The notes beneath the pieces are model-generated. The model did no database searches and had not been told where the DNA came from. It saw nothing but the letters and a program-made list of their open reading frames with translations. Shown here one piece after another: positions 28,101 to 40,700 of a stretch of 64,000 bases of DNA. How positions within the stretch are numbered: the first letter of the stretch is position 1; each line of letters starts with the position of its first letter. The DNA is from Blepharisma stoltei ATCC 30299 (taxonomy: Eukaryota; Protista; Ciliophora), in assembly GCA_965603825.1 (NCBI GenBank), contig CBFDEM010000025.1:434001-498000 (forward strand), written 5' to 3'. Position numbers and translations under genes: made by a program.

Positions 28101-30649
28101 TGGCTGGGATTTCAATTGAACTAGCTGTGGCAACATTTAGGACAGTGAGAGTTATGGCTAAACTTGCAGTTCTAGTGTCTTTTGAAATTGTGCAAGTTAT
28201 ATCCCAATTCGCACCCTTTACAATTCTTGCAGAAGGAATAGTGAGCTCGCTCTTTATTTCGTTGCTTAGCAAGACTGCATTGTCTGCGCCAGCGCATTCT
28301 GATCCATCTTCATGATTAGCACATGTCCAAGCATAAATAAGAGATGTTGTAGAGTCATCTGGGTCTTTAGACTTATTAGCATTGATGGTGTAGTCCTTTG
28401 ATGATGAAATTTGTCCATTTCCTTTTGACAACTCAATATACAAAGGAGATGATGTAACTGTAATCGACACTGTAGCGCTTCCAGTAACTGTAGTTCCATC
28501 ATTATCTTGAGAAGCAGTTGCCGTAAACGAATAAGGACCACCAGCAGTAAACATGCTCTTAGAAATTGACAATTTTTGAGTTGTAGTGCTTGCAGCAAGA
28601 GAAGATGCTTTACTGTTATCTGGTGTTGAAACATAAGACCATTTCCAAGAAATTGCACTGGTTGATCCTCCACAAACAGATGTGACTTTAGCCTTAACAT
28701 CTTTGCTATCAGAAGCTTTCATCAAAATTGAAGTTCCTGCGTCAAATGAAACGGATAACGATTGCTGAGTTGAAATCGATGTGGTTACCGATGCTGAGCT
28801 TGTCTCATCACTCAACCAATTCTTGACTTTTACAGTTACTGTCAAGGTTGCCGCAGAAGATATTGAGGTTAGCAAGCTTCTATCAATCGAAACAGTTGAC
28901 GATGATGCTTTCGTAGATGCAATATAAGAAGTCAAACTTGAAAGAGCAGGAGACATAGTAGCACTGCATGTGTAGGTAAGATTGCCTCCAAATGATCCAG
29001 AAGACTTACCAGCTGAATATGAAATTGGGTCAGAACCGCATCCAAGGGAAACAGATGATGGGCCTGATAGCTTAGCTGTTGGATTTATGTTAGTTCCCAT
29101 TGATACTGTAGCACTTAATGGTTGATAGTTAGTTGTGCATGTGTCTTTGGTATCCTTAAGAATATATGTCCCATCCAAATCAATAAAGGCGCTTCTAATT
29201 GAGAATCCTGAGCCTAAGGAAATTTTCAAATTCTTTGAATCAGTCCAAGAGCAAACTAGGCCACTTCCCATTTTTTGGAAAGAATCATAAATCAGCGTCT
29301 TGGAGCATGTTGGATCAACTGTGATATCCACTGGAACCTTAGGTGTTATAGTGATAGATGTATATGATGAACTATAAGCTGCGCTAATCACATCAGAAGG
29401 AGAAAGATATTTCTTGCAAACAACGCATTTGCTATTTGACAAAGTATAGCCTGAGCCGCAAAGACAGCTGTTGGATGTCAAGTCATATGCTGAATTAACA
29501 GTGCATGCGCAAGTTGTTCCAGTTAGTTCAGCATTAGTAATACATGTAGAGCACTTCTTACCATCATTTGCATCAATCACAAGCAGTACAAAGGTTATTG
29601 CATGTAGCAATACAGTCATTTGTAGAGTTCAAATACAAGCCAGATTTGCAAGCACAAAGACCATTGGAAAGTCCTGCATTGGCTTTACACCCTGTGCAAG
29701 CTGTAGCTGAAGTACATTAGAGCAAGAAGTTGGGCATGCAATACATTTCCCGCTTGAAGCATAATATCCGTTATTGCATGAGCAAGTGCTATCAGTAGTA
29801 CTTAGAGAGGCACCTGTAACGTATGCTATACATTTTGTAGCAGTAGTGCAAGTTATACATTGATTTGTGCATGCTTTGCAGCTGTCTGCATCTTTATAGT
29901 AATTAGATGAGCAAATGCAAGCTCCTGTAGCCAAGGCAGCATTTTCTTTGCATTTATCACAAGTTCCATAAGTAGTAGTAGAGCATGTATCGCATAGAGA
30001 TACTGAACATTTGCAAGTTTGTGATGTAGCATCCCAACTAAATCCGCTCTGACACTCTTGACAAGTTCCATAAGTAGTTGTTGAGCAAGTTTTACAGTTA
30101 GTTATTGAGCAAGCACAAGATTTTGAATCGGAACTCAGTTTAAATCCAGATTGGCAAGCATCACAATTACCATATGTGGTTGTTGAGCATGTAGCACAGC
30201 CGGAGATTGAGCACTTGCATGATTTCGATGCTGCATCCCAGCTAAACCCGTCTTTACATGTGCAAGTTCCTGGAGTGGCTGAAAGACTCATATTGTCTTT
30301 GCAACTATTGCATTTAGAACTACCAGATCCAGAGCAAGTAACACAAGTTGAGTCACATGTTTGGCAAATAGTAGTAGATTTTGAAGAGTCCCAATAATAT
30401 CCTGCATTACAGCTGAATGGTCCTGGCAATGTCCCACTCATATGAGTTGAATCTTTGCATGCCTCACAATTAGTTGTGCTTCCAGAGCATGTAGCGCATG
30501 TTGAATCGCAGCTTGTTACGCATGTAGAAGTCGCAGAATCAAAGTAGCCAGTCTTGCATGTACAAGTGCCTCCTGATAAATTCATATTTGATGCGTCTTT
30601 ACAGGTTACACATGCTGAGCTGCCTGATCCTGAGCAAGTAGCACAAGTT

Positions 30650-32100
30650 GAATCGCAAGCTTTGCAGCTATCAGCAGTTCCATAATATCCTGAGTCGCAT
30701 GAACAAACGTTGCTTGCTACTGTTGCGTGAGATTTACAGGTTACACAAGTAGTGGCTGATCCTGAGCACGTGGCACAAGTTGCATCACAAGCTGTGCAAC
30801 TATCAGCAGTTCCGTAATATCCTGAGTCACATGTGCAAACACTGCTTGATACTGTAGCGTGAGATTTACAAGTTAAACAAGTAGGCTTATCCTGAGCAAG
30901 TAGCACAAGTTGGATCACAAGCTGTACAACTATCAGCAGTTCCATAATAGCCTGAGTCGCATGTGCAAGCACCGCTTGATTGTGTAGCGTGAGATTTACA
31001 ACTTAAGTAAGTAGAGCTGCCTGATCCTGAGCAAGTAGCACAAGTTGGATCACAAACTTTACAACTATCAGCAGTTCCATAATATCCTGAGTCGCATGAA
31101 CAAACGTTATTTGATACTGTTGCGTGAGATTTACAAGTTAAGCAAGTAGTGGCTGATCCTGAGCAAGTATCACAAGTGGCATCACAAGCTTGGCAATTAT
31201 CAGCAGTTCCATAATATCCTGAGTCACATGAACAAACGTTGCTTGCTACTGTTGAGTGAGATTTACAAGTTAAACAAGTAGGCTGATCCTGAGCAAGTAG
31301 CGCAAGTTGAATCGCAAACTTGGCAATTATCAGCAGTTCCATAATATCCTGAATCACATGAGCAAACGTTGCTTACTGCTGTTGCGTGAGATTTACAAGT
31401 TAAGCAAGTAGTGGCTGATCCTGAGCAAGTAACACAAGTTGAATCGCAAACTTGGCAATTATCAGCAGTTCCATAATATCCTGAGTCGCATGAGCAAACG
31501 TTATTTGATACTGTTGCGTGGGATTTGCATGTAAGACAGTTAGTTGGGCTTCCAGAGCATGTATCACATGTTGAATCGCAGCTTGTTACGCATGTAGAAG
31601 TCGCAGAATCAAAGTAGCCAGTATTGCATGTACAAGTGCCTCCTGATAAATTCATATTTGATGAGTCTTTACAGGTTACACATGCTGAGCTGCCTGATCC
31701 TGAGCAAGTAGCACAAGTAGAATCGCAAACTTGGCAATTATCAGCAGTTCCATAATATCCTGAGTCGCATGAACAAACGTTGCTTGCTACTGTTGAGTGA
31801 GATTTACAAGTTAAACAAGTAGGCTGATCCTGAGCAAGTCGCACAAGTTGCATCACAAGCTTGGCAATTATCAGCAGTTCCATAATATCCTGAGTCACAT
31901 GAACAAACATTGCTTGCTGCTGTTGCGTGAGATTTACAAGTTAAACAAGTAGTGGCTGATCCTGAGTAAGTAGCACAAGCTGCATCACAAGCTTGGCAAT
32001 TATCAGCAGTTCCATAATATCCAGAGTCACATGTGCAAACACCGCTTGCTGCTGTTGCATGAGATTTGCATGTTTCACAGTAAGTGGTAGTTTCAGAGCA
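30650..32100 (-). repeat. Coding tandem repeat type C, ~132-bp unit (CQACDATCATCSGSATTCLTCKSHATVSNNVCSCDSGYYGTADN), about 9-10 copies with interspersed variants
   Basis: Recurring tatcagcagttccataatatcctgagtc motif. Confidence 0.9.
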
Positions 32101-32149
32101 TGTTGAACATGTTGCATCACAGCTTGACACACATGTCGAAGTTCCAGAA

Positions 32150-35100
32150 TCAAAGTAACCAGTCTTGCATGTGCAAGTATTGCTTGATAAATTCATATTA
32201 TCTGAGTCTAAACAACTTGAACAAGTAGTAGCTGATCCAGAGCAAGTAGCGCAAGGAGCTGTGCAAGCTTTACATGTTTCAGATGATGAGTCAAAGTAAC
32301 CAGTTTTACATGTGCAAGTATTGCTTGATAAATTCATATTATCTGAGTCTAAACAGCTTAAGCAAGTAGTGAGTGATCCTGAGCAAGTAGCACATGGTGC
32401 AGTACAAGCTTTACATGTTTCAGATGAAGTATCAAAGTAGCCAGTTTTGCATGAGCAAGTACCAATTGATAAATTCATATTATCTGAATCCATACAACTC
32501 TCACAAGTAGTGACTGATCCTGAACAAGTAGCACAAGGAGCTGTGCAAGCTTTACATGTATTAGATGAAGAATCAAAGTAGCCAGTTTTGCATGTGCAAG
32601 TATTGCTTGAGAAATTCATATTCTCTGAGTCCACACAACTTGAGCAACTAGTGCCTGAGCCTGAACAAGTATCACAAGGAGCAGTGCAAGGTTTGCATAT
32701 ATTAGATGAAGAATCAAAGTAGCCAGTTTTGCATGTGCAAGTATTGCTTGATAAATTCATATTATCTGAGTCTAAACAACTTAAGCAATATGTGGCTAAT
32801 CCTGAGCAAGTATCACAAGGAGCAGTATAAGTTGCCATACATGTTTCAGATGATGAGTCAAAATAGCCAGTTTTGCATGTGCAAGTATTGCTTGCTAAAT
32901 TCATATTATCTGAGTCTAAACAACTTAAGCAAGTAGTGGCTGATCCTGAACAAGTAGCGCAAGGAGCAGTGCAAGCTTTGCATGTTTCAGATGATGAGTC
33001 AAAATACCCAGCTTTGCATGTGCAAGTATTGCTTGATAAATTCATATTATCTGAATCCATACAACTCTCACAATTAGTGGCTGAGCCTGAACAAGTAACA
33101 CAAGGAGCTGTGCAAGCTTTACATGTTGAAGATGAAGAATCAAAGTATCCAGTTTTGCATGTGCAAGTATTGCTTAAGAAATTCATATTCTCTGAGTCCA
33201 AAAAACTTGAGCAAGATGTGGCTGAGCCTGAGCAAGTAGCACAAGGAGCAGTGCAAGGTTTGCATATATTAGATGAAGTATCAAAGTAGCCAGTTTTGCA
33301 TGTGCAAGTATTGCTTGAGAAATTCATATTATCTGAGTCTAAACAACTATCACAAGTAGTAGCTGATCCTGAACAAGTATCGCAAGGAGCTGTGCAAGTT
33401 GCCACACATGTTTCAGATTAAGTATCAAAGTAGCCTGTTTTGCATGTGCAAGTACCACTTGATAAATTCATATTATCTGAGTCTTTGCAAGTTAAGCAAG
33501 TAGTGGCTGATCCTGAACAAGTAGCACAAGGAGTAGTGCAAGCTTTGCATGTTGAAGATCCAGAGTCAAAGTACCCAGTTTTGCATGTACAAGTGTTACG
33601 TGATAAATTCATATTATCCGAGTCCATACATCTCTTGCAAGTAGTTGCTGATCCTGAGCAATCAGCACAAGGAGCAGTGCAAGCTTTACAAGTTGAAGAT
33701 GAAGTATCAAAGTACCCAGTTTTGCATAAACACATAGTGCTTCATAAATTCATATTATCTGAGTCTAAACAACTTAAGCAAGTCGTGGCTGATCCTGAGC
33801 AAGTATTACAAGGAGCTGTGCAAGGTTTGCATGTATTAGATGAAGAATCAAAGTAGCCAGTTTTGCATGTGCAAGTATTGCTTGAGAAATTCATATTATC
33901 TGAGTCTAAACAACTAAAGCAAGTAGTCGCTAATCCTGAGCAAGTAGCACAAGGCGCAGTACAACTTGCAAAACATGTATTAGATGAAGAATCAAAGTAG
34001 CCAGTTTTGCATGTGCAAGTACCACTTGATAAATTTATATTATCTGAGTCTAAACAGCTTGAACAAGTAGTTGCTGATCCTGAGCAAGTAGCACAAGGAG
34101 CTGTGCAAGCTTTACATGTAGAAGAGCCAGAATCAAACTAACCAGTCTTGCATGTACAAGTTCCGCTTGATAAATTCATATTATCTGAGTCCAAACAACT
34201 GGAACAAGAAGTGGCTGATCCTGAGCAAGTATCACAAGGAGCTGTGCAAGCTTTACATGTTTCAGATGATGAGTCAAAGTACCCAGTTTTACATATGCAA
34301 GTATTGCTTGATAATTCATATTATCTGAGTCTAAACAACTATCACAAGTAGTGTCAGATCCTGAGCAAGTTGCACAAGGAGCTGTGCAAGCTTGACATGT
34401 TTTAGATCCAGTATCAAAGTATCCAGTTTTGCATGTGCAAGTATTGCTTGATAAACTCATATTATCTGAGTCTAAAAAACTTAAGCAAGTAGTAGCTGAT
34501 CCTGAGCAAGTATCACAAGGAGCTGTGCAAGCTTTACATGGATTAGATGAAGTATCAAAGTAGCCAATTTTGCATGTGCAAGTACCACTTGATAAATCCA
34601 TATTATCCGAGTCCATACATCTCTTGCAAGTAGTTGCTGATCCTGAGCAATCAGCACAAGGCGCAGTGCAACCTTTACATGTTGAAGATGAAGTATCAAA
34701 GTACCCAGTTTTGCATAAACACATATTGCTTCATAAATTCATATTATCTAAGTCCAAACAGCTCGAGCAAGTAGTAGCTGATCCTGAACAAGTATCACAA
34801 GGAGCTGTGCAAGCTTTACATTTTTCAGATGATGAGTCAAAGTAGCCAGTTTTGCATGTGCAAGTATTGCTTGAGAAATTCATATTATCTGAGTCTTTGC
34901 AAGTTAAGCAAGTAGTGGCTGATCCTGAGCAAGTAGCACAAGGTGTAGTGCAAGCTTTACATGTATTAGATGAACTATCAAAGTACCCAGTTTTGCATGT
35001 GCAAGTACCACTTGATGAATTCATATTATCTGAGTCTAAACAACTCGAACAAGTAGTAGCTGATCCTGAGCAATCAGCACAAGGAGCAGTGCAAGCTTTG

Positions 35101-35425
35101 CATATATTAGATCCAGTATCAAAGTATCCAGTTTTGCATGTGCAAGTATTGCTTGAGAAATTCATATTATCTGAGTCTAAACAATTTGAGCAAGTCGTGG
35201 CTGATCCTGAGCAACTAGCACAAGGAGCTGTGCAAGCTTTACATGTATTAGATGAAGTATCAAAGTAGCCAGTTTTGCATGTGCAAGTATTGCTTGATAA
35301 ATTCATATTATCTGAGTCTAAACAGCTAGCACAAGTAGTAGCTGATCCTGAACAAGTCTCACAAGGAGCAGTGCAACTTGCTAAACATGTATTAGATGAA
35401 GAATCAAAGTAACCAGTTTTGCATC
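32150..35425 (-). repeat. Coding tandem repeat type B, 141/144-bp unit (CKACTAPCATCSGSATTCLSCLDSDNMNLSSNTCTCKTGYFDSSSET), about 23 copies
   Basis: Recurring aaattcatattatctgagtctaaacaa and ccagttttgcatgtgcaagt every ~141 nt. Confidence 0.95.
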
Positions 35426-36074
35426 GTGTCTTTACATGACGGCAATTTCATAACGGCTAATTTTTTTGGCTATTTCTTGACTCGTTTTTTTTCATCTTGA
35501 TAATGATTAGCTTCAGCTTGCTCAGAATTTGAGCTGGAGAAACCTAAGCCTGCTTCCTCTAATTTTTCTTTACTTACTTCTAGTTTTCTTTTTTCTTCAC
35601 TAGAAGTGCCATCAATAGTGAGGTTCTGTGTCGAGCTATCACTTTTCCCATTGTTCTTTTCTTCTTTGATATAATGCTGAGCGAATTGGGTAAGTGATTC
35701 TGAGTCAAGTTCTCCGGATTTCACTTCATTTCCTTCAACTTTGTCATCCTTATGAGAGACATTGCCTTCTTGGATCGAGTGATTGATGGAGTCTGGGCTT
35801 TTACCGGATGAGCTAAGGTCAAAGATGAAGTTCATAAAGCCTTTGTTTTGATCTGAATGGTCTTGGCCTGCAGCATAGAGCAGCTGGAAGACAAGAAGAG
35901 ACAAAGACAACAAAAGCTTTGACATTTTTTATTACCCACTCTAAATTTAGTGAAAAAATTTTTAAATTAGGGATTTTTAGAATTATTTTAACCATTAAAT
36001 TAAGTTTAACAAAAAATTAAAAATAGTTTGGATAGGAAGTTTAAAGAACTAAGTAAAAAGAGCACTATACTTGG

Positions 36075-36163
36075 CCTAGAAATTTATGTTTCAATTTAAA
36101 CTTCTGTTTCTTCTAACTACCCCTAGAAATTTATGTTTCAATTTAAACTTCTGTTTCTTCTAA
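36075..36163. repeat. Perfect 42-bp direct repeat with 5-nt spacer in the divergent intergenic region
   Basis: cctagaaatttatgtttcaatttaaacttctgtttcttctaa at 36075-36116 and 36122-36163. Confidence 0.95.
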
Positions 36164-37159
36164 GCTTTTATGGGCAGTAGATGGCTTGATGATTTGAAGA
36201 AATATTTAAAATCTATGTATAATGTTATAGGTACGCGCTTGAATAATTTTGAGCAGATAATCTTGTCATTGTGCTATTATTTATTATTGCTAATAAATAT
36301 TTATTTCGCCATTCTAAATTTAGCAAATAGGCTTAAATTTATTACTTAATTTTTTTCTCTTGAGCTATCTGGATCATAAAAATGTAGTTAAAAATTTTTT
36401 AAAAGTTTCAGAAGCTTTTGCCCTTAAGTCGATTCTGATTGCTCAAACCCATTAGGAGCATTACTGATTCTGGAAATGCTTACTAGGCTTGGCTTTTCAT
36501 AATAAAGCGAATATAAATCTAAGCTGCTCGAGCATAAATATGAATTATGCAAAATGGTTTTAGAAGCATCCTTAGCAAGCTTAAATAAAGTGAGTTTTGC
36601 ATTCTTAGGAATTATAGTCCATTCTAATACTCTTATTAATCTGAAAGTCTAAGCTTGATAATTTGAATCATACGTGAAGCTTTTTGTTTCAAAAATGAAG
36701 AGATCCAAAAGATACTTGCTAAATCTGTAATCAATAATCTTTTGAAAGTTTATCTTTTTAAAAGTTGCATTGCTCATTTCTAATTTTATGATTACATTTT
36801 TCTATTACTTATTTTATCATTTTATTTGATAAATAATCCATGATATCTAAATTAAAATATCCAGTTATTTCATAGATTGATATTTCTCAATATTTTTTAA
36901 AAGTCTTGTAAAATCCTGTGATTGCATTTAGGTTTCACGTCAACAAAACATGTTTTAAATCCTAGACCTTTAACAATTGCTAATTGGTAATAATTAATGC
37001 TATTTTTTCCGAAATTCTCCAATTATTACTATCTATAGCATAAATTGGTAAGCCCCAATATCCAGTTTGAGATCTTGTTAAATTTTGTGCTAAACAATTC
37101 TCCAAATCCGCTTTCTAAAATTCCTATAGGATCACAATTTGATCATCCAATTACTAAAA

Positions 37160-37455
37160 ATCTTGATGGCCAAGGATTCTGCTATCACCGATTTATACGA
37201 GATCCACACAATGGAGTGGATGAGCTTCTATTTTAGGAAATCACGACTGCTTCCACTCACGAAGGGACTGAAAAGAGTTAGAGGTTGGATTCGTTTATAG
37301 GATAAATCTAGAAGGGCTTATATGTTAATGATATAGCGCTACTTCTACCATCGAAAGAAGAGTTACAAAAGATGTGCCAAATAGTGAGCACGTGAGCAAG
37401 GAAATTTGAGCTAAATATTAACCCAAGCGAGTCAGAAACTCTGCATATTCCTCAC
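37160..37455 (+). mobile_element. Degenerate LINE RT fragment (motifs 4-7)
   Basis: QG../LSPI.YEI (frameshifted, ~37171-37205), then LYVNDIALLLPSKEELQKMCQIVST[TGA=W]ARKFELNINPSESE (37318-37440), matching LYADD..L...EELQ.M...W...L.IN..KS. Confidence 0.7.
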
Positions 37456-37784
37456 CGAGGGATCAGTAGTCTCCAGAAGCAAACCTTTTTCTACTTTATC
37501 CTGCTAAGGCAGAAGCTTCCATTGCTGGAGGGGAGGGAACCCTAGCCAGAGTGCAAACACCTAGCACTGTAGATTCCTTTTTAGACTGGTTTACTTTGCA
37601 GTAAGCCCTCAAAAGAGGGTAGGCCCGTTACACTCCCCATTTTATCGTTTTATAGGTAAGATATCGATTAATTTTTCAATTTTTTATTATTTTTTGCCAA
37701 ACTCTGTTTTACAAGCAACTATTAAATATTTAATAATGGATAATTTAAGTAATTTTTCACTAAATTTAGAGTGGGTAATAAAAA

Positions 37785-40700
37785 ATGCTAAAGCTTTTGT
37801 TGTCTTTGGCTCTTCTTATCTTTCAGCTACTCTATGCTACAGGCCAAGACCATTCAGATCAAAACGAAGGCTTCATAAACTTCAACTTTGGCCTTAGTTC
37901 ATCTGGCAATAGCCCAGATTCCATCCATCACTCGATCCAAGAAGGCATCGTCTCTCATAAGGATGGCAAAATTGAAGGAAATGAAGTGAAATCGGGAGAA
38001 TTTGACTTAGAATCACTTACCCAATTCACTCAGCATCAAATCCAAGGAGAAATCATTTATCATGGGGATGAGAACAATGGGAAGAGTGAAGCAAAAACTG
38101 AAAATTCAGGGCTGAGTAGCTCAACTCAGAACCTTATTAATGATGGCGCTTCTAGTGAAGAAAAAAGAAAATTAGGAGTAAGTGAAGAAAAATTCGAGGA
38201 AACAGGCTTAAGTTTCTCCAACAAATTCAGCTCAAATTCTGAACAAGCTGATACTAATTATCAAAATGAAAAAAATGAGTCAAAAAAAATAGAAAGGCGC
38301 TTAGAATGCAACGATGGCTATTGACTAGATGGTAGTAATTGCTCATCTTGTACTGAACCTTGTGCTACTTGTTCAGGATCAGCCACTACTTGTGATAGCT
38401 GTATGGACTCAGATAATATGAATTTATCAGCTGGCAGTTGCACATGCAAAACTGGTTACTTTGATACTTGATCTTATACATGTGAAGCTTGCACAGCTCC
38501 TTGTGATACTTGTTCAGGATATAGCACTACTTGCTTAACTTGTTTAGACTCAGATAACATGAATTTCTCAAGCAATACTTGCACATGCAAAACTGGTTAC
38601 TTTGATTTTTCATCTTCAACATGTGTGGCAACTTGTACTGCTCCTTGCGATACTTGTTCAGAATATACCACTACTTGCACAAGTTGTTTAGACTCAGATA
38701 ACATGGATTTATATTACGTTGCTTGCACATGCAAAACTGGCTACTTTGATACTTCGTCTAATACATGTAAAGCTTGTACTGCTCCTTGTGCTACTTGTTT
38801 AGGATCTGCAACAACTTGTGATAGTTGCATGGACTCAGATAATATGGATTTATCAGCAGGCAGTTGTACATGCAAAGTTGGGTACTTTGATATTATATCT
38901 TCGAAATGTGTGGCAATTTGTACTGCTCCTTGTGATACTTGTTCAGGATATACCACTACTTGCTCAAGTTGTTTAGACTCATCAAATATGGATTTATCAG
39001 GCGGTATTTGCACATGCAAAACTGGCTACTTTGATATTTCACCTGAAGTATGTAAAGATTGCATTGCTCCTTGTGATACTTGCTTAGGCTCAGCCACTAC
39101 TTGCTTAAGTTGTTTAGATTCAGATAATATGAATTTATCAAGCAATACTTGCACGTGCAAAACTGGCTACTTTGATACTTCATCTAATACATGTAAAGCT
39201 TGCACTGCTCCTTGCGCTACTTGCTCAGGCCTAGCCACTATTTGTGAGAGTTGTGTGGACTCAGATAATATGGATTTATCAAGCAATACTTGCACATGCA
39301 AAACTGGCTACTTTGATACTTCATCTGAAACATGTAAAGCTTGCACAGCTCCTTGTGATAGTTGTTCAGTATATACCACTACTTGCTTAAGTTGTTTAGA
39401 CTCAGATAATATGGATTTATCAGGCGGTGTTTGCATATGCAAAACTGGTTATTTTGATTCTGGATCTTCGACATGTAAAGCTTGCACAGCACCTTGTGAT
39501 ACTTGCTCAGGATCAGCTACTAATTGTTTAACTTGTATAGACTCAGCAAATATGAGTTTATCAGGTACGACTTGTATATGCAAAACTGGGCACTTTGATA
39601 TGGTATCTTTGATGTGTTGTGCTGAGCCTTGTGCGACTTGCTCAGGATTTGCCACTACTTGTTTAAGTTGTATAGACTCATCAAATATGGATTTATCAGG
39701 AGGTACTTGTACATGCAAATTTGGCTACTTTGATACTGGATCTTCTGCATGCTGACCTTGCAATGCTCCTTGTGATACTTGCTCAGGCTCACACACTACT
39801 TGTTCAAGTTGTTTAGACTCAGATAATATGAATTTCTCAAGCAATACTTGCACATGCAAAACTGGGTACTTTGATACTTCATCTAATACATGTAAAGCTT
39901 GCACTGCTCCTTGTGATACTTGTTGAGGATCAGCTACTACTTGTGAAAGTTGCATGGACTCAGATAATATGGATTTATCAGCTTTCAATTGCAAATGCAA
40001 AGCTGGGTACTTTGATACTGGATCTAATACATGTCAAGCTTGCACTGCTCCTTGTGCTACTTGTTCATGATCAGCTACTGCTTGTGAAAGTTGCATGGAC
40101 TCAGATAATATGAATTTAGAAAGCAATGCTTGCACATGCAAAACTGGTTACTTTGATACTGGATCATCTGCATGTGAAGCTTGTACAGCTCCTTGTGATA
40201 CTTGTTCAGGATATAGCACTACTTGCTTAATTTGTTTAGACTCAGATAATATGAATTTATCAGGTGGGAGTTGTACATGCAAAACTGGCTACTTTGATTA
40301 TGGATCTTTTACATGTAAAGATTGCACTGCACCTTGTACTACTTGCTCAGGATCAGACACTGCTTGTTTAAGTTGCATGGACTCATCAAATATGGATTTA
40401 TCAGGTGCAACTTGCACATGCAAAACTGGCTACTTTGATTCTGGCTCTTCGACATGTAAAGCTTGCACAGCACCTTGTGCTACATGCTCTGGAAGCAGTA
40501 TTCATTGCCTAACATGCAATTCAGCTTACTATTTAAATGGATCGATCTGCGTTCCTTGTGGTCAAAATTGCTTATCCTGCAATAATTCCCAGTGCGTAAA
40601 TTGCAAAAATACTTTCATCAGAAGCACTACAAATCCAGCAAATTGTGAATGCTCCAAAGGCTTTTATATAAATAATCAAGTTTGTACTGGTAATAACTAA

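Larger units (their letters stand above)
25648..35925 (-). pseudogene. ~10.3-kb polycystin-1-like receptor gene (signal peptide, pro-region, type B and C Cys repeats, REJ, GAIN/GPS, 5 TM) with lesions confined to the N-terminal 60%
   Basis: 25648-~29575 is one open frame (TGA at 27415 = W of KMWSDLQ). Upstream lesions: frameshifts near 29578, 29718, 30884, 31280, 31820 and 34313; TAA at 33418; TAG ~34138; and a ~44-nt filler replacing the RRL site at ~35426-35469. Signal peptide MSKLLLSLSLLVFQLLYAAG. Confidence 0.85.

Noticed and set aside
30875-31835. Programmed ribosomal frameshifting or 16-nt introns explaining the frameshifts
   Set aside because: No Euplotes-type AAA-TAR site and no GT..AG 15/16-mer at the shifts; they align as simple 2-nt deletions.
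30650-35425. CRISPR-like regular repeats
   Set aside because: Units are contiguous, multiples of three and protein-coding, with no unique spacers and no cas genes; the context is eukaryotic.
37460-37640. GC-richer stretch as a ribozyme or ncRNA
   Set aside because: I could not fold a convincing HDV-like or other known structure by eye; more likely retroelement-derived. An Infernal/Rfam search would settle it.
32873-40000. Antisense ORFs of the MHVQVLLDKFILSESKQ type
   Set aside because: Reverse-strand shadows of type B repeats.
38322-40070. In-frame TGA as selenocysteine, cysteine or nonsense mutations
   Set aside because: TGA aligns with Trp in unrelated conserved motifs elsewhere in the window, and in this gene it does not occupy Cys scaffold positions.
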